A program made the translations under genes and the position numbers. A stretch of 64,000 nt of DNA, from contig OZ024743.1 of the NCBI GenBank assembly GCA_964016885.1, forward strand, positions 299,274,001 through 299,338,000, in the 5' to 3' direction. Within the stretch, counting starts at the first letter, position 1, and each line of letters starts with the position of its first letter. This DNA is from Eledone cirrhosa (lineage: Eukaryota). The notes under the pieces are model-generated. The model had not been told where the DNA came from. It did no database searches and saw only the letters and a program-made list of their open reading frames with translations. This document shows positions 1 to 11,099 of this stretch, one piece after another.

Positions 1-667
1 GACTATCTTGAATTGTTGACAGCCTATGCTAGACCTATCTATTTCCCTACAAAATACTCTATCTAGATATGATCTGGATGACCCTATCTGGTTTTTCCAA
101 GTCCACATTGGCACATTCGGGTAATCCAATCGGTACCTGTCAGACAGTTCAAAACGCCTGAGCAGGTTGGTGAGGCTCTTGCACCCTCCACCCCTATCCG
201 CTAATCCCACACAGTCCCAGCGTGCATCTAAGATCCCGTTCCAGTCGCCCACTAACACTAAAGAGCGGGACGTTCCAAGAAAGGTCTCCAGACGCCGGAA
301 GAAATCAGGCCGCCCTGCTCCTGTCGGGGCATAGACGGCCACTAGCCTGAAAGCTTGCCCGTCTCCGCTGGTCACGTCCAGCACCACCCGCTTACCCTCT
401 GGGTCCAGGAAGATGGCCCGTATGGCGAGATCCAAACCTCTCCGAAAAAGCACAGCAACTCCTTCCCTCCGATCCAGGACGGCTGGGAGATGCGTACACA
501 TCGTAGCCGCCGAAGATCGGTGCGACGGCCCGTGCTTCGGAGATTCTGGTTTCGCTGATGGCCACTACATCTATGTTTAGTGACCTGAGGTAGTTGAGCA
601 GGTGACCCTGCTTCCATGACGACCCCAAGCCACGCGCATTATGCTGCCTATTCTGAGTGAGGTCATG
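1..667 (-). pseudogene. LINE ORF2 apurinic-like endonuclease N-terminus, frameshifted
   Basis: MTSLRIGSI..ARGLGSSWKQ..VVAISETR, followed by FRLVAVYAP and GDWNGILD motifs in shifting frames. Confidence 0.85.
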
Positions 668-1564
668 TTTAAAATAGAGTGGAAAAGATGGGAAAGACCA
701 CTTACCGTACTTTTCGTAGAGGAGGGATGGTTTTTACATCCCTTTCACTTGATCGTCTGGTGAAGGGACCGTTGAATCGTCCCTTCGGCTGGTCGTCGGC
801 TCTTCTAAGAGAATGTCTGAATATACTCTTCGATTGATGGTTCCTCCTAGGTCCCTGAAATCACCAACTGCGTTGGGGAATTTCGTTTTAATGTTTGTGT
901 ATTGTTTCTGTGCTATTTTTAGCAGTCTTATGTTAGTTGGCGTTTTGATTGGTGCTGGTATTATGTAGTCCTGTTGTGAAATGTCTGTGTGTTCAATTAT
1001 GTAAGTCATTAGTTTCTAGTTGTGTGTATTTATTGCCATGCATTTGTTTTTCTGGGGGTGGGGTGTGGTTCTGCTATCTTCTTGTCGTTGTTGCTGGGTG
1101 TGTGTGTTTTGTTGTTGTGTTTGCGATGTTGGTGCTTGTGGTGGTGGTGTTGAAGGTGTTGTTGGCGGTGGGGTTGTCGCCGGTGGTGATGGTGGTGCTA
1201 GTGTGGGTGGTGATGGTGTTGGTGGTGTTGCTGCTGTGGGTCTCTTTGCAGTAGACTTTACCCTTTTCTCATTTCTTTCCTCCCTTTTCAAAGGCGACGA
1301 GGCGCTGCTTCTGCGTTTGTGCCTTCTTACGACCTTTTGCCATCCCTCTCCCACCTCACACTCCATGTCTGATTCTGTGAGGTCGGGGAGGGGTACCAGC
1401 TCCACTCTTTCACTTGTTGTTGTTGGTGATGTTTGCAGTGGAGTCTCTGTTGCAGCTGCATTTGGTATTGCTGTTGTTGTTGTTAATATTTCCACTGCTG
1501 CTGCTGTTTTTGATTTCCGTGGAGTGGGTATGGGTGCCACGGACCTATCGTTCCTGGTTGCCGC

Positions 1565-2668
1565 TTATCCTGTTGCTGGTAGCCGTGGAGCCGGATTCGG
1601 AAGGAGGGGCGTTTTCTCCTTTCTCAGGGTCTTCTCGTTGCAGAAGGCCCTGAGGTGAGTCTTCGATCCACAGCGAAAGCATTTCGGGCGTTTGCCCTCA
1701 ACACTTATGGGCAGTTGAGTGCCGTTATCGAAGTCTATCACATCCGGGATAGCTTCGATGCACTCCTGGTTGGTTTGGATTAGCATCTCAATGGAGGTGC
1801 CTACCCAATCTTCTCTTACTTTTTTCTGTACTTGCAGTACAGTTGTTTTGTCCTCGATTCCGACGAGGACAGACGCGGTCAGCCAAGAAGGGGCCATTCC
1901 GGGGGGGACGTGGGTCAGTTTGACCCTCACAATTTTTTGCCCGCAGTAGGAGGGCACCAACACCATTTCCTCGCTCCTTAGGGTCACTACTGATTGGGCC
2001 TTTGCCTCCTGGGGTGTGGCAAAAAGTACGTCTACGGTGGCATATTTTTTGCCTCGGGTGATGTGCGTTTTCCGCTGCCACACAGACCCCAAGGCTTTTT
2101 GTATTTGGGCCTCTGTGGCTCTTTCCACCCTACGGGATTTTGTACTTACTGTACGGTACGTGACCGTACAGTGCTCTTGGGTTTCGAAAAATTTTTCCGC
2201 TGCCTTGTAGATTGCTCGGTGTCCATTCTTTGTCACCATCTTCTTCGCTTCCTGTAATTCCTCATTTGTTATGAGGATTGTTTCCAAGTTTTTCGCTATA
2301 CCTGCAAATGAGATTGGTTTTTCTCTGCTGCTGCTGTTGTTGTTGTCGTCAGAGCTGCTGGTACTTTTGTTGTTGCTGCAGGTACTACGACTACTGCCTC
2401 CGCCGCTGTTGCTGTGGTTGTTGTTGGTGTTGCTGCTGCTAATGCTGTTGTTGTTTATGCTGCTGGTGATGCTGTTGCGGCTGCTACTGCTGTTTTCATT
2501 GTCACTGTTGCTGTTGTTATTACGGCTGCTACTGCTATTATTCCTGACGTCAGACGAATGAACTGGGTTTTCGTATTTCCCGCACACCTGTTTCGTCGCT
2601 GTCGTCGTCGTCGTGGAGAAACCTTGCACGTTCCACATATGACTTATTATCTTCGTTTTTTCGTTCAT
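1565..2668 (-). pseudogene. LINE ORF1 (gag-like nucleic-acid-binding protein with zinc knuckle), disrupted
   Basis: 367-aa ORF with an Asn/Ser low-complexity tract and ISVEGKRPKCFRCGSKTHLRAFC. It continues through frameshift/stop into 1016-1540 and 734-1009. Confidence 0.8.
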
Positions 2669-2902
2669 TGCCAGAGAACGTCTCTATGCACCACTTAGAG
2701 AACATTAGTCTACGACCTCTTTTATACCATAAACGTGGTTCTGTCCTTGCACGTTTTTGTTTTTCACCGCTCCTATTAATGACGTATTATTCGTTTTTTC
2801 CCGTTCTTTGCCAGCGAACGTCACCATGAACCAAAGTATCGTCTTCCTGTCTTCCTCCGGTTGCAACGTTTTTTGAAATATCCAGTTCTGCGTTTACAGA
2901 TT

Positions 2903-2978
2903 GACTTTGTTAGTTTCAGAAGATCCCGTTAAGGGTGAAAGCAGTGATTCTTTGCTTAAACTTTAATCTGTTATTTTA

Positions 2979-2982
<4 letters not shown>
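2903..2982 (+). mobile_element. Single arm of the fold-back family seen at 54773-54990, with a hammerhead-like motif
   Basis: Near-identical to 54909-54990 and ends at the same nucleotide against (TA)n. Confidence 0.75.
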
Positions 2983-3171
<189 letters not shown>

Positions 3172-3208
3172 ATTAATAAATGGAAACTATATTTATAAAA
3201 CCATATTT

Positions 3209-3271
3209 ATTTCATTATATATATTTCAAGGATAACAAGTTAAATCAGGGTATGCCTTCATCAGACAAAAT
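3209..3271 (-). ncRNA. Minimal type I hammerhead ribozyme (left arm)
   Basis: Minus strand reads ATTTTGT-CTGATGA-AGG..CCTT-GAAA-TATATA-TA-ATGAAAT. Stem I pairs and stem III is palindromic. Confidence 0.75.
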
Positions 3272-3425
3272 ACAATATATAACAGTTTTACAAATAGATA
3301 ATTGACATACCCTTTCAAAAAGGTGACCATTGTTTTTGGAGGCCATCCGAATGGCCTCCAAAAACAACGGTCACCTTTTTTAAAGGGTATGTCAATTATC
3401 TATTTGTAAAACTGTTATATATTGT

Positions 3426-3488
3426 ATTTTGTCTGATGAAGGCATACCCTGATTTAACTTGTTATCCTTGAAATATATATGATGAAAT
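3426..3488 (+). ncRNA. Minimal type I hammerhead ribozyme (right arm; G at the cleavage position)
   Basis: CTGATGA at 3433 and GAAA at 3470. The cleavage dinucleotide reads UG instead of UA. Confidence 0.65.
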
Positions 3489-3635
3489 AAATATGGTTTT
3501 ATAAATATAGTTTCCATTTATTAATATTGTATATCTACCCCAAATATTTGTCGAGGGCTTTATATTAGTTATAATAATATTTGCTTGTTGTATCCCAACA
3601 ATTTAAATTGAACTTTTGCATATATATATATATTT

Positions 3636-4093
3636 GTGGTGCTAGCACCCACAATATAAAGCGCACCTACATCGGCGCAACATCCACGAACTTTAAATCG
3701 CGGATTTATAACCACAAGATCTCCTTCAAGGATCGCAGTAAGAGGCACTCCACTAGGTTAGCGGACCTGGTGTGGGACTTGAAAGACAAAGGCACCCCGT
3801 ACACCCTTGACTGGAGTATCGTTCGGCACGCGAATGCATACTCGGCTGGAAGTAGAAAGTGTAGCCTACGCCTATACGAAGCCATGGAAATAGTCAGACT
3901 GAAGGATGATGCGGTCAACCTGAAATCGGAAATTATCATGACGTGCAGACACCAGAGAAGGTGCACACTCTTCGCATGGAATCCACCGGGAAGCCCAGGC
4001 GAAGGGTATACGTCGCAGCACGCGCCTACCAGAGCGACGAAACGGGTTCAAGGGATCAGACACCATATCCTGATGACAATATATGCCCCGTAG
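3636..4093 (+). pseudogene. Penelope-like GIY-YIG endonuclease fragment
   Basis: RTYIGATSTNFKSRIYNHKISF..STRLADLVWDLK..RKCSLRLYEAMEI..NLKSEIIMTCRHQ, typical of a PLE C-terminus. 5'-truncated at a (TA)n. Confidence 0.85.
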
Positions 4094-4694
4094 GGTAAAT
4101 CAAAATAACCCAAGATGCATACCAGACTCTGCACGTCACCCTAGGCAAGAACATCGCCTGAGCCGGGACAGATTGACCCGGATTACAGGGTCTTTCAGTT
4201 AAATACCTTACACCTATAGGACAACATACCTCAACCACAGTGACACACTCCAATATAGCCGGACTACGCACCCCCATACATGTGTACCGTTTCAATCGAG
4301 AATACATACTCTCCACGTGTCCCATTTTGGAACACATAATATTTGTTCCGTATACAGGCCCAAGTGTGCATCTCATGCTCCCCATATGTACTATATCATA
4401 CGCGCACATATCCCTTCTTTCTTCTCTACTCTCTTTTTTTTAATATATCTCTATGTCAGGTTATATGTATATTTTAATATATTGTATATTTATTTTCTTT
4501 ATATGTGTGTATATATGTATGCGTATGTGTATATTTATATGTGTGTGTATGTAGAGAGATATATATGTATATGTTATGTGAATGTGTAGGAATGTATGTA
4601 TATGATTATACTGTTTATATATGTGCATGTTTAGCACAAGATACATCTTTTAATGTATGACGTTATATGTATATATTTCATTATATTGTAGATT

Positions 4695-4880
4695 GGCGGT
4701 GGATTGGCAGTATCGGTGGAGGGTCGGACGCCATCCTTTGACGCATAGAGTTAGGGCCCTTGCAATTCTGAGTTCAAATCATGCCGAGGTTAACTTTCAT
4801 CCTTACGGGGTTGATAAAATAAAGTACCAGTAATACACTGGGTGATTTCTGACCTTGTGTCAAAAAAAAGAAACAATTAT
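4695..4880 (+). mobile_element. tRNA-derived SINE (octopus-type, Deu/Nin-like body)
   Basis: A box TGGCAGTATCGG, B box GAGTTCAAATC, body CATCCTTACGGGGTTGATAAAATAAAGTACCAG, (ATT) tail. Confidence 0.9.
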
Positions 4881-6072
4881 ATTGTAGGTTTTTTTAATAG
4901 ATGTGTATGTGTGTGTATGTACATATATATATGTGTGTGTGTATTTGTGTGCGTATATATATATATATGTATGTGTATATATATATATATATATACATTT
5001 ATTTATGTTATTATTTACTTATTTATTTATTTATATGTGTGTATGTATACATGCATGTATGTGTATGGATGTATGTATTTGGTTACATTGTTTATATTTG
5101 TACATGTGTATAACAAGATGCATCCGGTTGATGACCTTGTATGACCCTGTATGACGCATTGTGTAGATTTATATGACTGTGAGTATACCATATTTGAGTA
5201 TGGACAGATATATGTATGTATGTATCTTTGTAGATGTACGTGGGCATGTAGGTAATGGGCGCGTATTTTATTGATTGTATATGAGTCAGTGTGTGTGTAC
5301 GTGCACCTACTAGGGCTTGTTTGTGTGTACATTTATGTGTGTACATATACATATATATGTGTGTTTGGGAGCGCGCCTGTCTTTGTGTCTGTATATACGG
5401 ACACGTGTGTGTATGTGCGTGTCTATGTATATGTCTGTACGTGTTTGTGTATACGAGTAGATATACGCGTATGCATGTGTGTGCGCATGTGTATGTGTGT
5501 GTGTGTGTGTGTGTGTGAGTGCTGATGTACGTGGGCATGTAGGCAGGCGTCTGTGGATGCGTATGATGTTATTTATATGGTTGTGTGCGTGTGTGTGTTT
5601 GTGAGTGGGTATATATATTTATACATATATGTATATGTGTGTGAGTGCGCGAGTGGACATGTGAAATACCAAACCCAGCATGGATTCATTGAAGTGTGTC
5701 AAGCGGAGGGACAGCTTGACAGAGTGAAGGCAACTATTGGCCAGAATTTATGATGACGTAGAAAACAACAGCCAGCAGCAGGACAAGCGAGGAAGATGTT
5801 TTTGACGCTAAGTGAGAAAATTTGATCCGAAATTATTGCAAGTGTCCGACGAACCTGCATGTTCAGAATCAAACAGATCCATACAATGATCGTGTCTCGA
5901 GCTGTCTGCCGGCGAAACAATTGTAACACACAATACATTGAGTTCAGATGCATCAGTGATTTTTCGTTTTACATTATATCACATTCTGCTCTGAACATAG
6001 AGTGCTCAATCGGCATACCGACTATGGAAGCATCATAGCTACCATCAGACACACACACGCACACACACACAG

Positions 6073-6105
<33 letters not shown>

Positions 6106-6163
6106 GTATATATATATATGTGTGTGTATATAAATATATATATATATATTTATATACACACAC

Positions 6164-6206
<43 letters not shown>

Positions 6207-6216
6207 GCATATATAT

Positions 6217-6394
6217 ATAATTGTTTCTACTTTTGGCACCAGGCCAGCAATTACCCCAGTGCATTACTGGTATTTTATTTTATCGACCCCGTAAGGATGA
6301 AAGGCAAAGTTAACCTCGGCGGGATTTGAACTCAGATCATAAAGGGATCAAAGCATGACGCCCGACCCTCTACCGATACTACCAATCCACCGCC
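6217..6394 (-). mobile_element. tRNA-derived SINE, same family
   Basis: Reverse-complement match to the other copies. Confidence 0.9.
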
Positions 6395-6401
6395 CATACG
6401 C

Positions 6402-6466
<65 letters not shown>

Positions 6467-6874
6467 TGAGGATGTCTGTCTGTGTGTGTGTGTGTTCGAA
6501 TCCCTAAAACTCGAGAACCACCCAACCGACTGTTTTCAAACTTTACACATGGAATACTTATGTTTGAGGGAGTGTTCTAAACCAGAAACATTTCAAATTC
6601 TCTATGCCCTAGGGACCGCATTAGGCGATTTAACGATCTCGCTCTAAAATCCTTAGTCTTTCTCTTTTTAGATAGATACATACATATAACGTAGCGCTGT
6701 AATAGCTTTAGTTTGTTTACGTAAGTGCCTTTACCAAAACAAAAGTTACTATTTTACCGCTTAGTATTGTAGAGAAGCACCAAACCGACTGTTTTCAAAC
6801 TTTACACATGTAATACTCATGTGTCAGGGAGTGTTCTGAGCAAAAAAAGAATTCAAATTTTCAATGCATTAGGC

Positions 6875-9753
6875 CAGGGATCAGCAACCTTTTGAAGAGA
6901 GAGGGCCAAACAGCTGTGCAGTTTCATGGAGGAAGGCCATGTTATTAAATATGTAAATACATTTTCTGTAGGTTTAAAGCAAAACAAGGAATTTAATAAA
7001 ATTTTATTTTAATAAGGCTCCTTAATTTTACTCCAGGAATAACAAAAAAAAAAAAAGATAAAAAAACTACAAACACATTTAACACACAAAAAAAGCAAAT
7101 TCCTTATTTTACTGCAGGAATAACAGAAAAACAACTACTATCACAATCAACAAAAAAAAAATCAAATTCCTTGCTACAAACGAAATACAGTTAGAAATGG
7201 TAAATGATTTAATTAGACACTTGTTTCTGCTTATTGTGCGATAACTCCTCCACATCAGTTGAAATATTTGTCGATGACAGGAGCAAAACATCATCCAGGT
7301 GGTCGTCAGTTTCTTATTAGTCAAGATGTTTTTATATTTTTTGCTTGGCAATATATATTTCTGGTAGAAGTCAGCAGTGGATTCGAACTGAAATTTCGAT
7401 TTCAAAGATTCGTCACACTGTAAGTCAATTAACTCCAACTGATATTCTTCTGCCACTTGCTCCACATCTGTTTCGTAAGGAGTACCAAATAACTTAAATA
7501 GAGTTCCATATTGCCGGAAATCACCAAAACGAGAGGAAAACTCGCTTCTCAAATCCTTAATAGAGCTCACAAAGATGTCTGGTATTATATCTCTCTTGTG
7601 ATTTTGGAGATTTGGGAAATGAGAGTAGTTTCCTTTTTGAAGTTGTCATTCCCACAGTCGAAGTTTTCTCTCAAAAGCAGTAATTTGACCAAACATCTCA
7701 AATACAAACTTGTTCTTTCCTTGAAGCTCAAGATTCAAAGTGTTCATGTGGTTCGTGATGTCCACTAAAAAAGCTAACTTGACAACCCACTGTGGATCCT
7801 GATAGTAAGAATTATCTTGGTCTTTGCTCTCTAAAAACATAGAAATCTCTTATCTCAATGCATATACTCGTTCCATCATTTTTCCGCGGCTAAGCCATCG
7901 AACATTTGAAAAATATGTAAGGTCACCATACTCTGCTTCAATTTGTTTTAGAAATTCTTGAAACTGGCGGTGATTTAGTCCTCTTGACAGTATAAAATTC
8001 ATTGTTTTCACGACCACTGCCATGATGTCCTTAAAATTCAGTGACTTTGCACATAATGCTTTTTGATGAATAATGCAATGATGTTTGATTAGTTTTTATC
8101 AATACCGATGTGACTTTGGAGCAATGCAACAAACCCCTTTTTCTCTCCAACCCATTGCTGGTGCTCCATCTGCGATTACTCCAGAAAGCTTTGATATCCA
8201 GATTCATTTCGGTAATCCATTTTATTATGCTTTCCAAAATATCTGCTCCAGTTCTAGTGTCCTTCATAGGAATCAATTGTACAAATTCTTCCACAATATC
8301 AAATTTTGGTTTTACACCCCTCACAAACACTGCAAGTTGACAAGTATCCTTCATATGTGTGGATTCATCGATAGCAATGGAATAATACTCCAGATTATTT
8401 AAAATGCCCTCCAAGCTACTTCTGACATTTGCTGCCAACTCTTCAATTCGCCTTGTTACTGTTCTTGACGATAAGCTGATCGCAGAAAATAATTCCCTTT
8501 TTTTCTGGACAAACAACATCTGCTACCTTCAACAATAATTCTTTGAAGAAATTTCCATCAGTAAAAGGTTTCATCCTTTCTTCAATTAGTTTTGACATCT
8601 CGTAACTAAAATGAGTGTTTCGATCACTTTCTTCAACTTTTCTAGTGAAAAAGGATGATTGCTTTGTTACATTATTTCTCAGCCGTGCAACTTCGTTTAC
8701 TCGTGCTTTTCCAGTAAAACTGTTGTAATGACTATGACGAGTTTCATAGTGCCGTTTAATATTTGAAACTTTCGTCACGGCAATGGTTTCTTGACAAATT
8801 AAGCAAACACATTTTCCGAAGTGCTCAATAAAAAAATAGCTAAGTGTCCAGCCATCGTTAAAAGATCGGCACTCCAAATCCAATTTTCTTTTCTTAGTTT
8901 CCATGGGCTTGTTTTTGTTCAAGCACAAAGATTTATGGAAAGGAAAAAGAACAAAAAGTATAATAATCAGAATGAAGAAATAAGAAACAATGAAAACAAA
9001 TGTAAATGCAAATACGGTAATGCGATAAAATATGATAATTGTAAATAAATTATATAAAACAAGGTTTCTAACGACGTTGTTAGAGTAGGGTTGCCACTTG
9101 TTTTTTTAAACCACTTTTGGCCTAATTCTAATAATAATAATTCACACAATTTATCACAAATAATTAAATAAATGTTATTATCGAATAAAGATACCTACTG
9201 TATAGTTGTTATACCACCAGACAACACACTCAAATGAAAATACTCTGGGGAGGAGGGACCGAAGTAATTTTTCCAAGGACAGCTTTACCTTGTGCCGGGG
9301 GCACAGGTAAGGTCAGGCAAACAAAGACGACAATAATTCACGAGTGATTTTATTGAATGACAATATGGGTATAAAAGCGAGTCATGCGAACCGTAAGGTA
9401 GTATACCTTCCAGTCGCTGACGAAAATGCATACTTCCAGCCAACATTTGTGTTTGTTGACTGGAACAAAACCACATACATGAAATCACAGGAAATAATAA
9501 TACAGGTGATATAATGCTTGGCGGAATCCCAGAAAAAGATGGATAAGAGGAAAAGGTTACAAAAGTATCTGTAGATATATACGGTATGAGCAGCGATTTG
9601 TGATGGGCATCAGGTCGGCACAACCTTGAAGTGAACTACTGTATCTGTTTTCGATACTAATTAGATAATTAGTGTCCAGTGTAAGATGGAGGGCCGGACA
9701 AAAATCACTCGAGGGCAGGATGTGGCCCGCGGGCCGGGGTTTGCCGACCCCTG
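6875..9753 (-). mobile_element. hAT DNA transposon (Charlie/Buster/SPIN-like)
   Basis: TIRs CAGGGATCAGCAACC and GGTTTGCCGACCCCTG. 8-bp TSD CATTAGGC/CATTAGGG with one mismatch. Confidence 0.92.
7200..8928 (-). pseudogene. hAT transposase (SPIN/GTF2IRD2-like), frameshifted
   Basis: KKRKLDLECRSF..CVCLICQE..NIKRHYETRH, SLSSRTVTRRI, SIAIDEST, RWLSRGK and LAFLVDIT..LNLELQG spread over four ORF pieces. Confidence 0.9.
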
Positions 9754-10512
9754 CATTAGGGGATTTAGCGATCTCGCTCTATAATTCTTAGTCTTTCTCT
9801 TTTTAGATAGATACATACATATAACGTCGCGCCCTTGCAATATATGTCTGTATGTCTGGCTGTCTGTATTACGTCACTTCCCTGAGGATGTCTGTGTGTG
9901 TGTGTGTGCCTGTGAAATTTGAATCCCTAAAACTCGACAAGTACCCAACTGATTTTTTTCAAACTTTACATGTGTTTTACTTATGTTTCAGGGAGTGTTA
10001 TGCACAAAAATTCAACTTTTTTTTTTATCTCCTAGGGCCTGCATTAGGCGAAAAACTGCGTTTTAAAAACATTTTTAGGGGTTTTTTGAGGCGCTACATC
10101 AGACCGATTTCCTTAAAATTGTAACTATGTATTAGGCACTCTCTTCTTCATACTGTAAGCAAAGAAAATCCAACTTTCTTATGGCCTAGGGCCTGCATTA
10201 GGTGAAAAACTTCATTTTTTCAGTTTCTTAGAGCTTTTTGGAGGCGTTACGTCAATTTTCCCGAAATTTCAAGGCATATTATGCACATAAAAAAAATCAT
10301 TTTCTTGATTCCCAAGGGCACGCATTAGGTGAAAACCTGCATTTTTCCTGCTTCATCGAGGAACATGTTAAAGATTATCCAGCCATCGGAGTATTCGGTT
10401 TATTTTCTTTACATATTGTCCAGGCGTGCAGTTTTTCCACGATTAGGTCTGTTGGCGGCCCGTTTTCCAAAATACCTTATCCCGTGCAACGCGGGGTACC
10501 ACTGCTAGTATA

Positions 10513-10577
<65 letters not shown>

Positions 10578-10870
10578 CACTTGCATCTAACTAAATATGA
10601 TGGTGGGAGTGAAATATACTATTACAGATACATCATAAACTAGTGGACATACACAAAAATAATTAAATCAATAAATAAATAATGTAAAGTATGCTCCGAT
10701 CATCAACAAAAAAACAAATATTTCATGCCTTACTGACATTTGCAAAGGTACTTCAAACGTACTAAAATCTTTAGAAAATTGCTTTCACGGCAGATCAACT
10801 GTTAACCTTACGTTAACACCAACAAAAGAACAAATACATGTTCTTCTATTCCATCTTATATGTTTGTACA

Positions 10871-10956
10871 CAAACACAAACACACACAAACACACACACA
10901 AACACATACACAGACACACACACACACAGACAGGCACACATACAGACACACATACA

Positions 10957-11055
<99 letters not shown>

Positions 11056-11060
11056 TTATT
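10871..11060. repeat. (CA)n/(TA)n microsatellite
   Basis: Direct reading. Confidence 0.95.
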
Positions 11061-11099
11061 TATATACACATTAATATATAAGTATTTCGACAGTGCAAT

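Larger units (their letters stand above)
1..2880 (-). mobile_element. Tx1/L1-clade non-LTR retrotransposon, 5' part (ORF1 and start of ORF2), running off the window start
   Basis: ORF1 has a CCHC knuckle (CFRCGSKTHLRAFC). The APE endonuclease start (LGSSWKQGHLLNYLRSLNIDVVAISETR) is homologous to ORF2 of the element at 42110-47663. Frameshifted; 5' boundary approximate. Confidence 0.9.
6461..10508 (+). mobile_element. Non-autonomous Helitron interrupted by a hAT transposon
   Basis: 5' TATATAAAA..(CTGT)/(GT)n; 3' hairpin CCCGTGCAACGCGGG (10481-10495) then CTAG|T at 10505-10509. Internal repeats continue across the hAT insertion; flanked by (TA)n. Confidence 0.75.

Noticed and set aside
949-2698. 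Hydrophobic plus-strand ORFs resembling membrane proteins
   Set aside because: They are antisense readings of low-complexity LINE ORF1.
4065-4120. CTGATGA downstream of the GIY-YIG fragment as a hammerhead
   Set aside because: No GAAA at the expected position and no convincing stems; at most a decayed motif.
4695-4790. tRNA gene calls at SINE heads
   Set aside because: A and B boxes are present, but they are attached to a SINE body and tail and do not form a proper cloverleaf.
5650-6045. Unique-looking segment between microsatellites
   Set aside because: No recognisable motif, ORF or terminal structure.
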